From contig OZ024760.1 of assembly GCA_964016885.1 (NCBI GenBank), positions 28,582,001-28,646,000 of the forward strand: a stretch of DNA of 64,000 nucleotides, written 5' to 3'. Origin of the DNA: Eledone cirrhosa (Eukaryota). Shown here piece by piece: positions 11,143-26,100 of the stretch (position 1 is the first letter of the stretch; every line of letters begins with the position of its first letter). The position numbers and the translations under genes are program-made. Under the pieces are notes generated by a model, which worked only from the letters and a program-made list of their open reading frames with translations, searched no databases and was not told the DNA's origin.

Positions 11143-14100
11143 TGTCATCTCTCTAAATCATTCAAACTGTTGTCTCTCTAAATCATTGAAACTGTTGTCT
11201 CTCTAAATCATTCAAACTGTCTTCTCTCTAAATCATTGAAACTGTTGTCTCTCTAAATCATTCAAACTGTCTTCTCTCTAAATCATTCAAACTGTTGTCT
11301 CTCTAAATCATTCAAACTGTCTTCTCTCTAAATCATTGAAACTGTTGTCTCTCTAAATCATTCAAACTGTTGTCTCTCTAAATCATTCAAACTGTTGTCT
11401 CTCTAAATCATTCAAACTGTCATCTCTCTAAATCATTCAAACTGTCATCTCTCTAAATCATTCAAACTGTTGTCTCTCTAAATCATTGAAACTGTCATCT
11501 CTCTAAATCATTGAAACTGTTGTCTCTCTAAATCATTCAAACTGTCATCTCTCTAAATCATTCAAACTGTTGTCTCTCTAAATCATTCAAACTGTTGTCT
11601 CTCTAAATCATTCAAACTGTTGTCTCTCTAAATCATTCAAACTGTTGTCTCTCTAAATCATTCAAACTGTTATCTCTCTAAATCATTCAAACTGTTGTCT
11701 CTCTAAATCATTCAAACTGTCATCTCTCTAAATCATTCAAACTGTTGTCTCTCTAAATCATTCAAACTGTCATCTCTCTAAATCATTCAAACTGTCATCT
11801 CTCTAAATCATTCAAACTGTTGTCTCTCTAAATCATTCAAACTGTCATCTCTCTAAATCATTCAAACTGTCATCTCTCTAAATCATTCAAACTGTTGTCT
11901 CTCTAAATCATTCAAACTGTCATCTCTCTAAATCATTCAAACTGTCATCTCTCTAAATCATTCAAACTGTCATCTCTCTAAATCATTCAAACTGTCGTCT
12001 CTCTAAATCATTCAAACTGTCATCTCTCTAAATCATTCAAACAGTCATCTCTCTAAATCATTCAAACTGTCGTCTCTCTAAATCATTCAAACTGTTGTCT
12101 CTCTAAATCATTCAAACTGTCATCTCTCTAAATCATTCAAACTGTCATCTCTCTAAATCATTCAAACTGTTGTCTCTCTAAATCATTCAAACTGTCATCT
12201 CTCTAAATCATTCAAACTGTTGTCTCTCTAAATCATTCAAACTGTCATCTCTCTAAATCATTCAAACTGTCATCTCTCTAAATCATTCAAACTGTCGTCT
12301 CTCTAAATCATTCAAACTGTTGTCTCTCTAAATCATTCAAACTGTCATCTCTCTAAATCATTCAAACTGTCATCTCTCTAAATCATTCAAACTGTTGTCT
12401 CTCTAAATCATTCAAACTGTCATCTCTCTAAATCATTCAAACTGTTGTCTCTCTAAATCATTCAAACTGTCATCTCTCTAAATCATTCAAACTGTTGTCT
12501 CTCTAAATCATTCAAACTGTCGTCTCTCTAAATCATTCAAACTGTCATCTCTCTAAATCATTCAAACTGTCATCTCTCTAAATCATTCAAACTGTCATCT
12601 CTCTAAATCATTCAAACTGTCGTCTCTCTAAATCATTCAAACTGTCATCTCTCTAAATCATTCAAACTGTCATCTCTCTAAATCATTCAAACTGTCGTCT
12701 CTCTAAATCATTCAAACTGTTGTCTCTCTAAATCATTCAAACTGTCATCTCTCTAAATCATTCAAACTGTCATCTCTCTAAATCATTCAAACTGTCATCT
12801 CTCTAAATCATTCAAACTGTTGTCTCTCTAAATCATTCAAACTGTTGTCTCTCTAAATCATTCAAACTGTTGTCTCTCTAAATCATTCAAACTGTCATCT
12901 CTCTAAATCATTCAAACTGTTGTCTCTCTAAATCATTCAAACTGTCATCTCTCTAAATCATTCAAACTGTCATCTCTCTAAATCATTCAAACTGTTGTCT
13001 CTCTAAATCATTCATACTGTCATCTCTCTAAATCATTCAAACTGTCGTCTCTCTAAATCATTCAAACTGTCATCTCTCTAAATCATTCAAACTGTCATCT
13101 CTCTAAATCATTCAAACTGTCGTCTCTCTAAATCATTCAAACTGTTGTCTCTCTAAATCATTCAAACTGTCATCTCTCTAAATCATTCAAACTGTCATCT
13201 CTCTAAATCATTCAAACTGTTGTCTCTCTAAATCATTCAAACTGTCATCTCTCTAAATCATTCAAACTGTTGTCTCTCTAAATCATTCAAACTGTTGTCT
13301 CTCTAAATCATTCAAACTGTCGTCTCTCTAAATCATTCAAACTGTCATCTCTCTAAATCATTCAAACTGTCATCTCTCTAAATCATTCAAACTGTCGTCT
13401 CTCTAAATCATTCAAACTGTCATCTCTCTAAATCATTCAAACTGTCATCTCTCTAAATCATTCAAACTGTCATCTCTCTAAATCATTCAAACTGTCGTCT
13501 CTCTAAATCATTCAAACTGTTGTCTCTCTAAATCATTCAAACTGTCATCTCTCTAAATCATTCAAACTGTCATCTCTCTAAATCATTCAAACTGTTGTCT
13601 CTCTAAATCATTCAAACTGTCATCTTTCTAAATCATTCAATCTGTTGTCTCTCTAAATCATTCAAACTGTTGTCTCTCTAAATCATTCAAACTGTCATCT
13701 CTCTAAATCATTCAAACTGTCATCTCTCTAAATCATTCAAACTGTTGTCTCTCTAAATCATTCAAACTGTCATCTCTCTAAATCATTCAAACTGTCATCT
13801 CTCTAAATCATTCAAACTGTTGTCTCTCTAAATCATTCAAACTGTTGTCTCTCTAAATCATTCAAACTGTTGTCTCTCTAAATCATTCAAACTGTTGTCT
13901 CTCTAAATCATTCAAACTGTCGTCTCTCTAAATCATTCAAACTGTCATCTCTCTAAATCATTCAAACTGTTGTCTCTCTAAATCATTCAAACTGTTGTCT
14001 CTCTAAATCATTCAAACTGTTGTCTCTCTAAATCATTCAAACTGTTGTCTCTCTAAATCATTCAAACTGTTGTCTCTCTAAATCATTCAAACTGTCGTCT

Positions 14101-17100
14101 CTCTAAATCATTCAAACTGTCATCTCTCTAAATCATTCAAACTGTTGTCTCTCTAAATCATTCAAACTGTCATCTCTCTAAATCATTCAAACTGTTGTCT
14201 CTCTAAATCATTCAAACTGTCATCTCTCTAAATCATTCAAACTGTCATCTCTCTAAATCATTCAAACTGTCATCTCTCTAAATCATTCAAACTGTCATCT
14301 CTCTAAATCATTCAAACTGTTGTCTCTCTAAATCATTCAAACTGTCATCTCTCTAAATCATTCAAACTGTCATCTCTCTAAATCATTCAAACTGTCGTCT
14401 CTCTAAATCATTCAAACTGTCATCTCTCTAAATCATTCAAACTGTTGTCGCTCTAAATCATTCAAACTGTCATCTCTCTAAATCATTCAAACTGTCATCT
14501 CTCTAAATCATTCAAACTGTCATCTCTCTAAATCATTCAAACTGTCATCTCTCTAAATCATTCAAACTGTCATCTCTCTAAATCATTCAAACTGTCATCT
14601 CTCTAAATCATTCAAACTGTCATCTCTCTAAATCATTCAAACTCTCATCTCTCTAAATCATTCAAACTGTCATCTCTCTAAATCATTCAAACTGTCATCT
14701 CTCTAAATCATTCAAACTGTTGTCTCTCTAAATCATTCAAACTGTCATCTCTCTAAATCATTCAAACTGTCATCTCTCTAAATCATTCAAACTGTCGTCT
14801 CTCTAAATCATTCAAACTGTTGTCTCTCTAAATCATTCAACTGTTGTCTCTCTAAATCATTCAAACTGTCGTCTCTCTAAATCATTCAAACTGTCATCTC
14901 TCTAAATCATTCAAACTGTTGTCTCTCTAAATCATTCAAACTGTTGTCTCTCTAAATCATTCAAACTGTTGTCTCTCTAAATCATTCAAACTGTCATCTC
15001 TCTAAATCATTCAAACTGTTGTCTCTCTAAATCATTCAAACTGTCATCTCTCTAAATCATTCAAACTGTTGTCTCTCTAAATCATTCAAACTGTCATCTC
15101 TCTAAATCATTCAAACTGTTGTCTCTCTAAATCATTCAAACTGTCATCTCTCTAAATCATTCAAACTGTCATCTCTCTAAATCATTCAAACTGTCATCTC
15201 TCTAAATCATTCAAACTGTCATCTCTCTAAATCATTCAAACTGTCATCTCTCTAAATCATTCAAACTGTTGTCTCTCTAAATCATTCAAAGTGTTGTCTC
15301 TCTAAATCATTCAAACTGTTGTCTCTCTAAATCATTCAAACTGTCGTCTCTCTAAATCATTCAAACTGTCATCTCTCTAAATCATTCAAACTGTTGTCTC
15401 TCTAAATCATTCAAACTGTCATCTCTCTAAATCATTCAAACTGTTGTCTCTCTAAATCATTCAAACTGTTGTCTCTCTAAATCATTCAAACTGTTGTCTC
15501 TCTAAATCATTCAAACTGTTGTCTCTCTAAATCATTCAAACTGTTGTCTCTCTAAATCATTCAAACTGTTGTCTCTCTAAATCATTCAAACTGTCATCTC
15601 TCTAACTCATTCAAACTGTTGTCTCTCTAAATCATTCAAACTGTCATCTCTCTAAATCATTCAAACTGTTGTCTCTCTAAATCATTCAAACTGTCATCTC
15701 TCTAAATCATTCAAACTGTTGTCTCTCTAAATCATTCAAACTGTTGTCTCTCTAAATCATTCAAACTGTTGTCTCTCTAAATCATTCAAACTGTTGTCTC
15801 TCGAAATCATTCAAACTGTCGTCTCTCTAAATCATTCAAACTGTCGTCTCTCTAAATCATTCAAACTGTCTTCTCTCTAAATCATTCAAACTGTCATCTC
15901 TCTAAATCATTCAAACTGTCGTCTCTCTAAATCATTCAAACTGTCATCTCTCTAAATCATTCAAACTGTCATCTCTCTAAATCATTCAAACTGTCATCTC
16001 TCTAAATCATTCAAACTGTTGTCTCTCTAAATCATTCAAACTGTCTTCTCTCTAAATCATTCAAACTGTCATCTCTCTAAATCATTCAAACTGTTGTCTC
16101 TCTAAATCATTCAAACTGTCGTCTCTCTAAATCATTCAAACTGTCATCTCTCTAAATCATTCAAACTGTCATCTCTCTAAATCATTCAAACTGTTGTCTC
16201 TCTAAATCATTCAAACTGTCATCTCTCTAAATCATTCAAACTGTCATCTCTCTAAATCATTCAAACTGTCATCTCTCTAAATCATTCAAACTGTCATCTC
16301 TCTAAATCATTCAAACTGTTGTCTCTCTAAATCATTCAAACTGTCATCTCTCTAAATCATTCAAACTGTCGTCTCTCTAAATCATTCAAACTGTCTTCTC
16401 TCTAAATCATTCAAACTGTTGTCTCTCTAAATCATTCAAACTGTTGTCTCTCTAAATCATTCAAACTGTCGTCTCTCTAAATCATTCAAACTGTCATCTC
16501 TCTAAATCATTCAAACTGTCATCTCTCTAAATCATTCAAACTGTCTTCTCTCTAAATCATTCAAACTGTCATCTCTCTAAATCATTCAAACTGTCATCTC
16601 TCTAAATCATTCAAACTGTCGTCTCTCTAAATCATTCAAACTGTCATCTCTCTAAATCATTCAAACTGTCATCTCTCTAAATCATTCAAACTGTCATCTC
16701 TCTAAATCATTCAAACTGTTGTCTCTCTAAATCATTCAAACTGTTGTCTCTCTAAATCATTCAAACTGTTGTCTCTCTAAATCATTCAAACTGTCGTCTC
16801 TCTAAATCATTCAAACTGTCATCTCTCTAAATCATTCAAACTGTCATCTCTCTAAATCATTCAAACTGTCATCTCTCTAAATCATTCAAACTGTCATCTC
16901 TCTAAATCATTCAAACTGTTGTCTCTCTAAATCATTCAAACTGTCGTCTCTCTAAATCATTCAAACTGTCATCTCTCTAAATCATTCAAACTGTCGTCTC
17001 TCTAAATCATTCAAACTGTATTCTCTCTAAATCATTCAAACTGTTGTCTCTCTAAATCATTCAAACTGTTGTCTCTCTAAATCATTCAAACTGTCGTCTC

Positions 17101-20100
17101 TCTAAATCATTCAAACTGTCATCTCTCTAAATCATTCAAACTGTCTTCTCTCTAAATCATTCAAACTGTCATCTCTCTAAATCATTCAAACTGTCGTCTC
17201 TCTAAATCATTCAAACTGTCATCTCTCTAAATCATTCAAACTGTCATCTCTCTAAATCATTCAAACTGTCATCTCTCTAAATCATTCAAACTGTCGTCTC
17301 TCTAAATCATTCAAACTGTCGTCTCTCTAAATCATTCAAACTGTCGTCTCTCTAAGTCATTCAAACTGTCATCTCTCTAAATCATTCAAACTGTCATCTC
17401 TCTAAATCATTCAAACTGTCGTCTCTCTAAATCATTCAAACTGTCGTCTCTCTAAATCATTCAAACTGTCGTCTCTCTAAATCATTCAAACTGTCATCTC
17501 TCTAAATCATTCAAACTGTCATCTCTCTAAATCATTCAAACTGTCATCTCTCTAAATCATTCAAACTGTTGTCTCTCTAAATCATTCAAACTGTCGTCTC
17601 TCTAAATCATTCAAACTGTCATCTCTCTAAATCATTCAAACTGTCATCTCTCTAAATCATTCAAACTGTCATCTCTCTAAATCATTCAAACTGTCGTCTC
17701 TCTAAATCATTCAAACTGTCGTCTCTCTAAATCATTCAAACTGTCATCTCTCTAAATCATTCAAACTGTCATCTCTCTAAATCATTCAAACTGTCATCTC
17801 TCTAAATCATTCAAACTGTCATCTCTCTAAATCATTCAAACTGTTGTCTCTCTAAATCATTCAAACTGTTGTCTCTCTAAATCATTCAAACTGTCGTCTC
17901 TCTAAATCATTCAAACTGTCGTCTCTCTAAATCATTCAAACTGTCGTCTCTCTAAATCATTCAAACTGTCATCTCTCTAAATCATTCAAACTGTCATCTC
18001 TCTAAATCATTCAAACTGTTGTCTCTCTAAATCATTCAAACTGTCGTCTCTCTAAATCATTCAAACTGTCGTCTCTCTAAATCATTCAAACTGTCATCTC
18101 TCTAAATCATTCAAACTGTCATCTCTCTAAATCATTCAAACTGTTGTCTCTCTAAATCATTCAAACTGTCGTCTCTCTAAATCATTCAAACTGTCGTCTC
18201 TCTAAATCATTCAAACTGTCATCTCTCTAAATCATTCAAACTGTCATCTCTCTAAATCATTCAAACTGTCATCTCTCTAAATCATTCAAACTGTTGTCTC
18301 TCTAAATCATTCAAACTGTCGTCTCTCTAAATCATTCAAACTGTCATCTCTCTAAATCATTCAAACTGTCATCTCTCTAAATCATTCAAACTGTCATCTC
18401 TCTAAATCATTCAAACTGTCATCTCTCTAAATCATTCAAACTGTCGTCTCTCTAAATCATTCAAACTGTCGTCTCTCTAAATCATTCAAACTGTCATCTC
18501 TCTAAATCATTCAAACTGTCATCTCTCTAAATCATTCAAACTGTTGTCTCTCTAAATCATTCAAACTGTCGTCTCTCTAAATCATTCAAACTGTTGTCTC
18601 TCTAAATCATTCAAACTGTCGTCTCTCTAAATCATTCAAACTGTTGTCTCTCTAAATCATTCAAACTGTCATCTCTCTAAATCATTCAAACTGTTGTCTC
18701 TCTAAATCATTCAAACTGTCGTCTCTCTAAATCATTCAAACTGTTGTCTCTCTAAATCATTCAAACTGTCATCTCTCTAAATCATTCAAACTGTTGTCTC
18801 TCTAAATCATTCAAACTGTCGTCTCTCTAAATCATTCAAACTGTTGTCTCTCTAAATCATTCAAACTGTCATCTCTCTAAATCATTCAAACTGTTGTCTC
18901 TCTAAATCATTCAAACTGTCGTCTCTCTAAATCATTCAAACTGTCATCTCTCTAAATCATTCAAACTGTCATCTCTCTAAATCATTCAAACTGTCATCTC
19001 TCTAAATCATTCAAACTGTTGTCTCTCTAAATCATTCAAACTGTCGTCTCTCTAAATCATTCAAACTGTCGTCTCTCTAAATCATTCAAACTGTTGTCTC
19101 TCTAAATCATTCAAACTGTCATCTCTCTAAATCATTCAAACTGTCGTCTCTCTAAATCATTCAAACTGTTGTCTCTCTAAATCATTCAAACTGTCATCTC
19201 TCTAAATCATTCAAACTGTTGTCTCTCTAAATCATTCAAACTGTCGTCTCTCTAAATCATTCAAACTGTTGTCTCTCTAAATCATTCAAACTGTCATCTC
19301 TCTAAATCATTCAAACTGTTCTCTCTCTAAATCATTCAAACTGTCGTCTCTCTAAATCATTCAAACTGTTGTCTCTCTAAATCATTCAAACTGTCATCTC
19401 TCTAAATCATTCAAACTGTTGTCTCTCTAAATTATTCAAACTGTCGTCTCTCTAAATCATTCAAACTGTCATCTCTCTAAATCATTCAAACTGTCATCTC
19501 TCTAAATCATTCAAACTGTCATCTCTCTAAATCATTCAAACTGTTGTCTCTCTAAATCATTCAAACTGTCGTCTCTCTAAATCATTCAAACTGTCGTCTC
19601 TCTAAATCATTCAAACTGTTGTCTCTCTAAATCATTCAAACTGTCATCTCTCTAAATCATTCAAACTGTTGTCTCTCTAAATCATTCAAACTGTCGTCTC
19701 TCTAAATCATTCAAACTGTTGTCTCTCTAAATCATTCAAACTGTCATCTCTCTAAATCATTCAAACTGTCATCTCTCTAAATCATTCAAACTGTCATCTC
19801 TCTAAATCATTCAAACTGTCTTCTCTCTAAATCATTCAAACTGTCATCTCTCTAAATCATTCAAACTGTCGTCTCTCTAAATCATTCAAACTGTCATCTC
19901 TCTAAATCATTCAAACTGTCATCTCTCTAAATCATTCAAACTGTTGTCTCTCTAAATCATTCAAACTGTCGTCTCTCTAAATCATTCAAACTGTTGTCTC
20001 TCTAAATCATTCAAACTGTTGTCTCTCTAAATCATTCAAACTGTTGTCTCTCTAAATCATTCAAACTGTTGTCTCTCTAAATCATTCAAACTGTCATCTC

Positions 20101-23100
20101 TCTAAATCATTCAAACTGTTGTCTCTCTAAATCATTCAAACTGTTGTCTCTCTAAATCATTCAAACTGTTGTCTCTCTAAATCATTCAAACTGTTGTCTC
20201 TCTAAATCATTCAAACTGTCGTCTCTCTAAATCATTCAAACTGTCATCTCTCTAAATCATTCAAACTGTCATCTCTCTAAATCATTCAAACTGTTGTCTC
20301 TCTAAATCATTCAAACTGTCGTCTCTCTAAATCATTCAAACTGTTGTCTCTCTAAATCATTCAAACTGTTGTCTCTCTAAATCATTCAAACTGTTGTCTC
20401 TCTAAATCATTCAAACTGTTGTCTCTCTAAATCATTCAAACTGTCATCTCTCTAAATCATTCAAACTGTCATCTCTCTAAATCATTCAAACTGTTGTCTC
20501 TCTAAATCATTCAAACTGTTGTCTCTCTAAATCATTCAAACTGTTGTCTCTCTAAATCATTCAAACTGTCGTCTCTCTAAATCATTCAAACTGTTGTCTC
20601 TCTAAATCATTCAAACTGTTGTCTCTCTAAATCATTCAAACTGTCGTCTCTCTAAATCATTCAAACTGTCATCTCTCTAAATAATTCAAACTGTCATCTC
20701 TCTAAATCATTCAAACTGTTGTCTCTCTAAATCATTCAAACTGTTGTCTCTCTAAATCATTCAAACTGTTGTCTCTCTAAATCATTCAAACTGTCATCTC
20801 TCTAAATCATTCAAACTGTTGTCTCTCTAAATCATTCAAACTGTCGTCTCTCTAAATCATTCAAACTGTTGCCTCTCTAAATCATTCAAACTGTCATCTC
20901 TCTAAATCATTCAAACTGTCATCTCTCTAAATCATTCAAACTGTCATCTCTCTAAATCATTCAAACTGTTGTCTCTCTAAATCATTCAAACTCTCGTCTC
21001 TCTAAATCATTCAAACTGTTGCCTCTCTAAATCATTCAAACTGTTGTCTCTCTAAATCATTCAAACTGTCATCTCTCTAAATCATTCAAACTGTTGTCTC
21101 TCTAAATCATTCAAACTGTTGTCTCTCTAAATCATTCAAACTGTTGTCTCTCTAAATCATTCAAACTGTTGTCTCTCTAAATCATTCAAACTGTCGTCTC
21201 TCTAAATCATTCAAACTGTCATCTCTCTAAATCATTCAAACTGTCATCTCTCTAAATCATTCAAACTGTTGTCTCTCTAAATCATTCAAACTGTCGTCTC
21301 TCTAAATCATTCAAACTGTTGTCTCTCTAAATCATTCAAACTGTCATCTCTCTAAATCATTCAAACTGTCGTCTCTCTAAATCATTCAAACTGTCTTCTC
21401 TCTAAATCATTCAAACTGTTGTCTCTCTAAATCATTCAAACTGTTGTCTCTCTAAATCATTCAAACTGTCGTCTCTCTAAATCATTCAAACTGTCATCTC
21501 TCTAAATCATTCAAACTGTCATCTCTCTAAATCATTCAAACTGTCTTCTCTCTAAATCATTCAAACTGTCATCTCTCTAAATCATTCAAACTGTCATCTC
21601 TCTAAATCATTCAAACTGTCGTCTCTCTAAATCATTCAAACTGTCATCTCTCAAAATCATTCAAACTGTCATCTCTCTAAATCATTCAAACTGTCATCTC
21701 TCTAAATCATTCAAACTGTTGTCTCTCTAAATCATTCAAACTGTTGTCTCTCTAAATCATTCGAACTGTCATCTCTCTAAATCATTCAAACTTTTGTCTC
21801 TCTAAATCATTCAAACTGTCGTCTCTCTAAATCATTCAAACTGTCATCTCTCTAAATCATTCAAACTGTCATCTCTCTAAATCATTCAAACTGTCATCTC
21901 TCTAAATCATTCAAACTGTCATCTCTCTAAATCATTCAAACTGTCATCTCTCTAAATCATTCAAACTGTCATCTCTCTAAATCATTCAAACTGTTGTCTC
22001 TCTAAATCATTCAAACTGTCGTCTCTCTAAATCATTCAAACTGTCATCTCTCTAAATCATTCAAACTGTCGTCTCTCTAAATCATTCAAACTATCATCTC
22101 TCTAAATCATTCAAACTGTCATCTCTCTAAATCATTCAAACTGTTGTCTCTCTAAATCATTCAAACTGTCGTCTCTCTAAATCATTCAAACTGTTGTCTC
22201 TCTAAATCATTCAAACTGTCGTCTCTCTAAATCATTCAAACTGTTGTCTCTCTAAATCATTCAAACTGTCATCTCTCTAAATCATTCAAACTGTTGTCTC
22301 TCTAAATCATTCAAACTGTCGTCTCTCTAAATCATTCAAACTGTTGTCTCTCTAAATCATTTAAACTGTCATCTCTCTAAATCATTCAAACTGTTGTCTC
22401 TCTAAATCATTCAAACTGTCGTCTCTCTAAATCATTCAAACTGTTGTCTCTCTAAATCATTCAAACTGTCATCTCTCTAAATCATTCAAACTGTTGTCTC
22501 TCTAAATTATTCAAACTGTCGTCTCTCTAAATCATTCAAACTGTCATCTCTCTAAATCATTCAAACTGTCATCTCTCTAAATCATTCAAACTGTCATCTC
22601 TCTAAATCATTCAAACTGTTGTCTCTCTAAATCATTCAAACTGTCGTCTCTCTAAATCATTCAAACTGTCGTCTCTCTAAATCATTCAAACTGTTGTCTC
22701 TCTAAATCATTCAAACTGTCATCTCTCTAAATCATTCAAACTGTCGTCTCTCTAAATCATTCAAACTGTTGTCTCTCTAAATCATTCAAACTGTCATCTC
22801 TCTAAATCATTCAAACTGTTGTCTCTCTAAATCATTCAAACTGTCGTCTCTCTAAATCATTCAAACTGTTGTCTCTCTAAATCATTTAAACTGTCATCTC
22901 TCTAAATCATTCAAACTGTTCTCTCTCTAAATCATTCAAACTGTCGTCTCTCTAAATCATTCAAACTGTTGTCTCTCTAAATCATTCAAACTGTCATCTC
23001 TCTAAATCATTCAAACTGTTGTCTCTCTAAATTATTCAAACTGTCGTCTCTCTAAAGCATTCAAACTGTCATCTGTCTAAATCATTCAAACTGTCATCTC

Positions 23101-26100
23101 TCTAAATCATTCAAACTGTCATCTCTCTAAATCATTCAAACTGTTGTCTCTCTAAATCATTCAAACTGTCGTCTCTCTAAATCATTCAAACTGTCGTCTC
23201 TCTAAATCATTCAAACTGTTGTCTCTCTAAATCATTCAAACTGTCATCTCTCTAAATCATTCAAACTGTTGTCTCTCTAAATCATTCAAACTGTCGTCTC
23301 TCTAAATCATTCAAACTGTTGTCTCTCTAAATCATTCAAACTGTCATCTCTCTAAATCATTCAAACTGTCATCTCTCTAAATCATTCAAACTGTCTTCTC
23401 TCTAAATCATTCAAACTGTCATCTCTCTAAATCATTCAAACTGTCGTCTCTCTAAATCATTCAAACTGTCATCTCTCTAAATCATTCAAACTGTCATCTC
23501 TCTAAATCATTCAAACTGTTGTCTCTCTAAATCATTCAAACTGTCGTCTCTCTAAATCATTCAAACTGTTGTCTCTCTAAATCATTCAAACTGTTGTCTC
23601 TCTAAATCATTCAAACTGTTGTCTCTCTAAATCATTCAAACTGTCGTCTCTCTAAATCATTCAAACTGTCATCTCTCTAAATCATTCAAACTGTTGTCTC
23701 TCTAAATCATTCAAACTGTTGTCTCTCTAAATCATTCAAACTGTTGTCTCTCTAAATCATTCAAACTGTTGTCTCTCTAAATCATTCAAACTGTCGTCTC
23801 TCTAAATCATTCAAACTGTCATCTCTCTAAATCATTCAAACTGTCATCTCTCTAAATCATTCAAACTGTTGTCTCTCTAAATCATTCAAACTGTCGTCTC
23901 TCTAAATCATTCAAACTGTTGTCTCTCTAAATCATTCAAACTGTTGTCTCTCTAAATCATTCAAACTGTTGTCTCTCTAAATCATTCAAACTGTTGTCTC
24001 TCTAAATCATTCAAACTGTCGTCTCTCTAAATCATTCAAACTGTTGTCTCTCTAAATCATTCAAACTGTTGTCTCTCTAAATCATTCAAACTGTCGTCTC
24101 TCTAAATCATTCAAACTGTCATCTCTCTAAATAATTCAAACTGTCATCTCTCTAAATCATTCAAACTGTTGTCTCTCTAAATCATTCAAACTGTTGTCTC
24201 TCTAAATCATTCAAACTGTTGTCTCTCTAAATCATTCAAACTGTCATCTCTCTAAATCATTCAAACTGTTGTCTCTCTAAATCATTCAAACTGTCGTCTC
24301 TCTAAATCATTCAAACTGTTGCCTCTCTAAATCATTCAAACTGTCATCTCTCTAAATCATTCAAACTGTCATCTCTCTAAATCATTCAAACTGTCATCTC
24401 TCTAAATCATTCAAACTGTTGTCTCTCTAAATCATTCAAACTGTCGTCTCTCTAAATCATTCAAACTGTTGCCTCTCTAAATCATTCAAACTGTTGTCTC
24501 TCTAAATCATTCAAACTGTCATCTCTCTAAATCATTCAAACTGTTGTCTCTCTAAATCATTCAAACTGTTGTCTCTCTAAATCATTCAAACTGTTGTCTC
24601 TCTAAATCATTCAAACTGTTGTCTCTCTAAATCATTCAAACTGTCGTCTCTCTAAATCATTCAAACTGTCATCTCTCTAAATCATTCAAACTGTCATCTC
24701 TCTAAATCATTCAAACTGTTGTCTCTCTAAATCATTCAAACTGTCGTCTCTCTAAATCATTCAAACTGTTGTCTCTCTAAATCATTCAAACTGTCATCTC
24801 TCTAAATCATTCAAACTGTCGTCTCTCTAAATCATTCAAACTGTCTTCTCTCTAAATCATTCAAACTGTTGTCTCTCTAAATCATTCAAACTGTTGTCTC
24901 TCTAAATCATTCAAACTGTCGTCTCTCTAAATCATTCAAACTGTCATCTCTCTAAATCATTCAAACTGTCATCTCTCTAAATCATTCAAACTGTCTTCTC
25001 TCTAAATCATTCAAACTGTCATCTCTCTAAATCATTCAAACTGTCATCTCTCTAAATCATTCAAACTGTCGTCTCTCTAAATCATTCAAACTGTCATCTC
25101 TCAAAATCATTCAAACTGTCATCTCTCTAAATCATTCAAACTGTTGTCTCTCTAAATCATTCAAACTGTTGTCTCTCTAAATCATTCAAACTGTTGTCTC
25201 TCTAAATCATTTAAACTGTCATCTCTCTAAATCATTCAAACTGTTGTCTCTCTAAATCATTCAAACTGTTGTCTCTCTAAATCATTGAAACTGTCGTCTC
25301 TCTAAATCATTCAAACTGTCATCTCTCTAAATCATTCAAACTGTCATCTCTCTAAATCATTCAAACTGTCATCTCTCTAAATCATTCAAACTGTCATCTC
25401 TCTAAATCATTCAAACTGTCGTCTCTCTAAATCATTCAAACTGTCGTCTCTCTAAATCATTCAAACTATCATCTCTCTAAATCATTCAAACTGTCATCTC
25501 TCTAAATCATTCAAACTGTTGTCTCTCTAAATCATTCAAACTGTCGTCTCTCTAAATCATTCAAACTGTTGTCTCTCTAAATCATTCAAACTGTCGTCTC
25601 TCTAAATCATTCAAACTGTTGTCTCTCTAAATCATTCAAACTGTCATCTCTCTAAATCATTCAAACTGTTGTCTCTCTAAATCATTCAAACTGTCGTCTC
25701 TCTAAATCATTCAAACTGTTGTCTCTCTAAATCATTTAAACTGTCATCTCTCTAAATCATTCAAACTGTTGTCTCTCTAAATCATTCAAACTGTCGTCTC
25801 TCTAAATCATTCAAACTGTTGTCTCTCTAAATCATTCAAACTGTCATCTCTCTAAATCATTCAAACTGTTGTCTCTCTAAATTATTCAAACTGTCGTCTC
25901 TCTAAATCATTCAAACTGTCATCTCTCTAAATCATTCAAACTGTCATCTCTCTAAATCATTCAAACTGTCATCTCTCTAAATCATTCAAACTGTTGTCTC
26001 TCTAAATCATTCAAACTGTCGTCTCTCTAAATCATTCAAACTGTCGTCTCTCTAAATCATTCAAACTGTTGTCTCTCTAAATCATTCAAACTGTCATCTC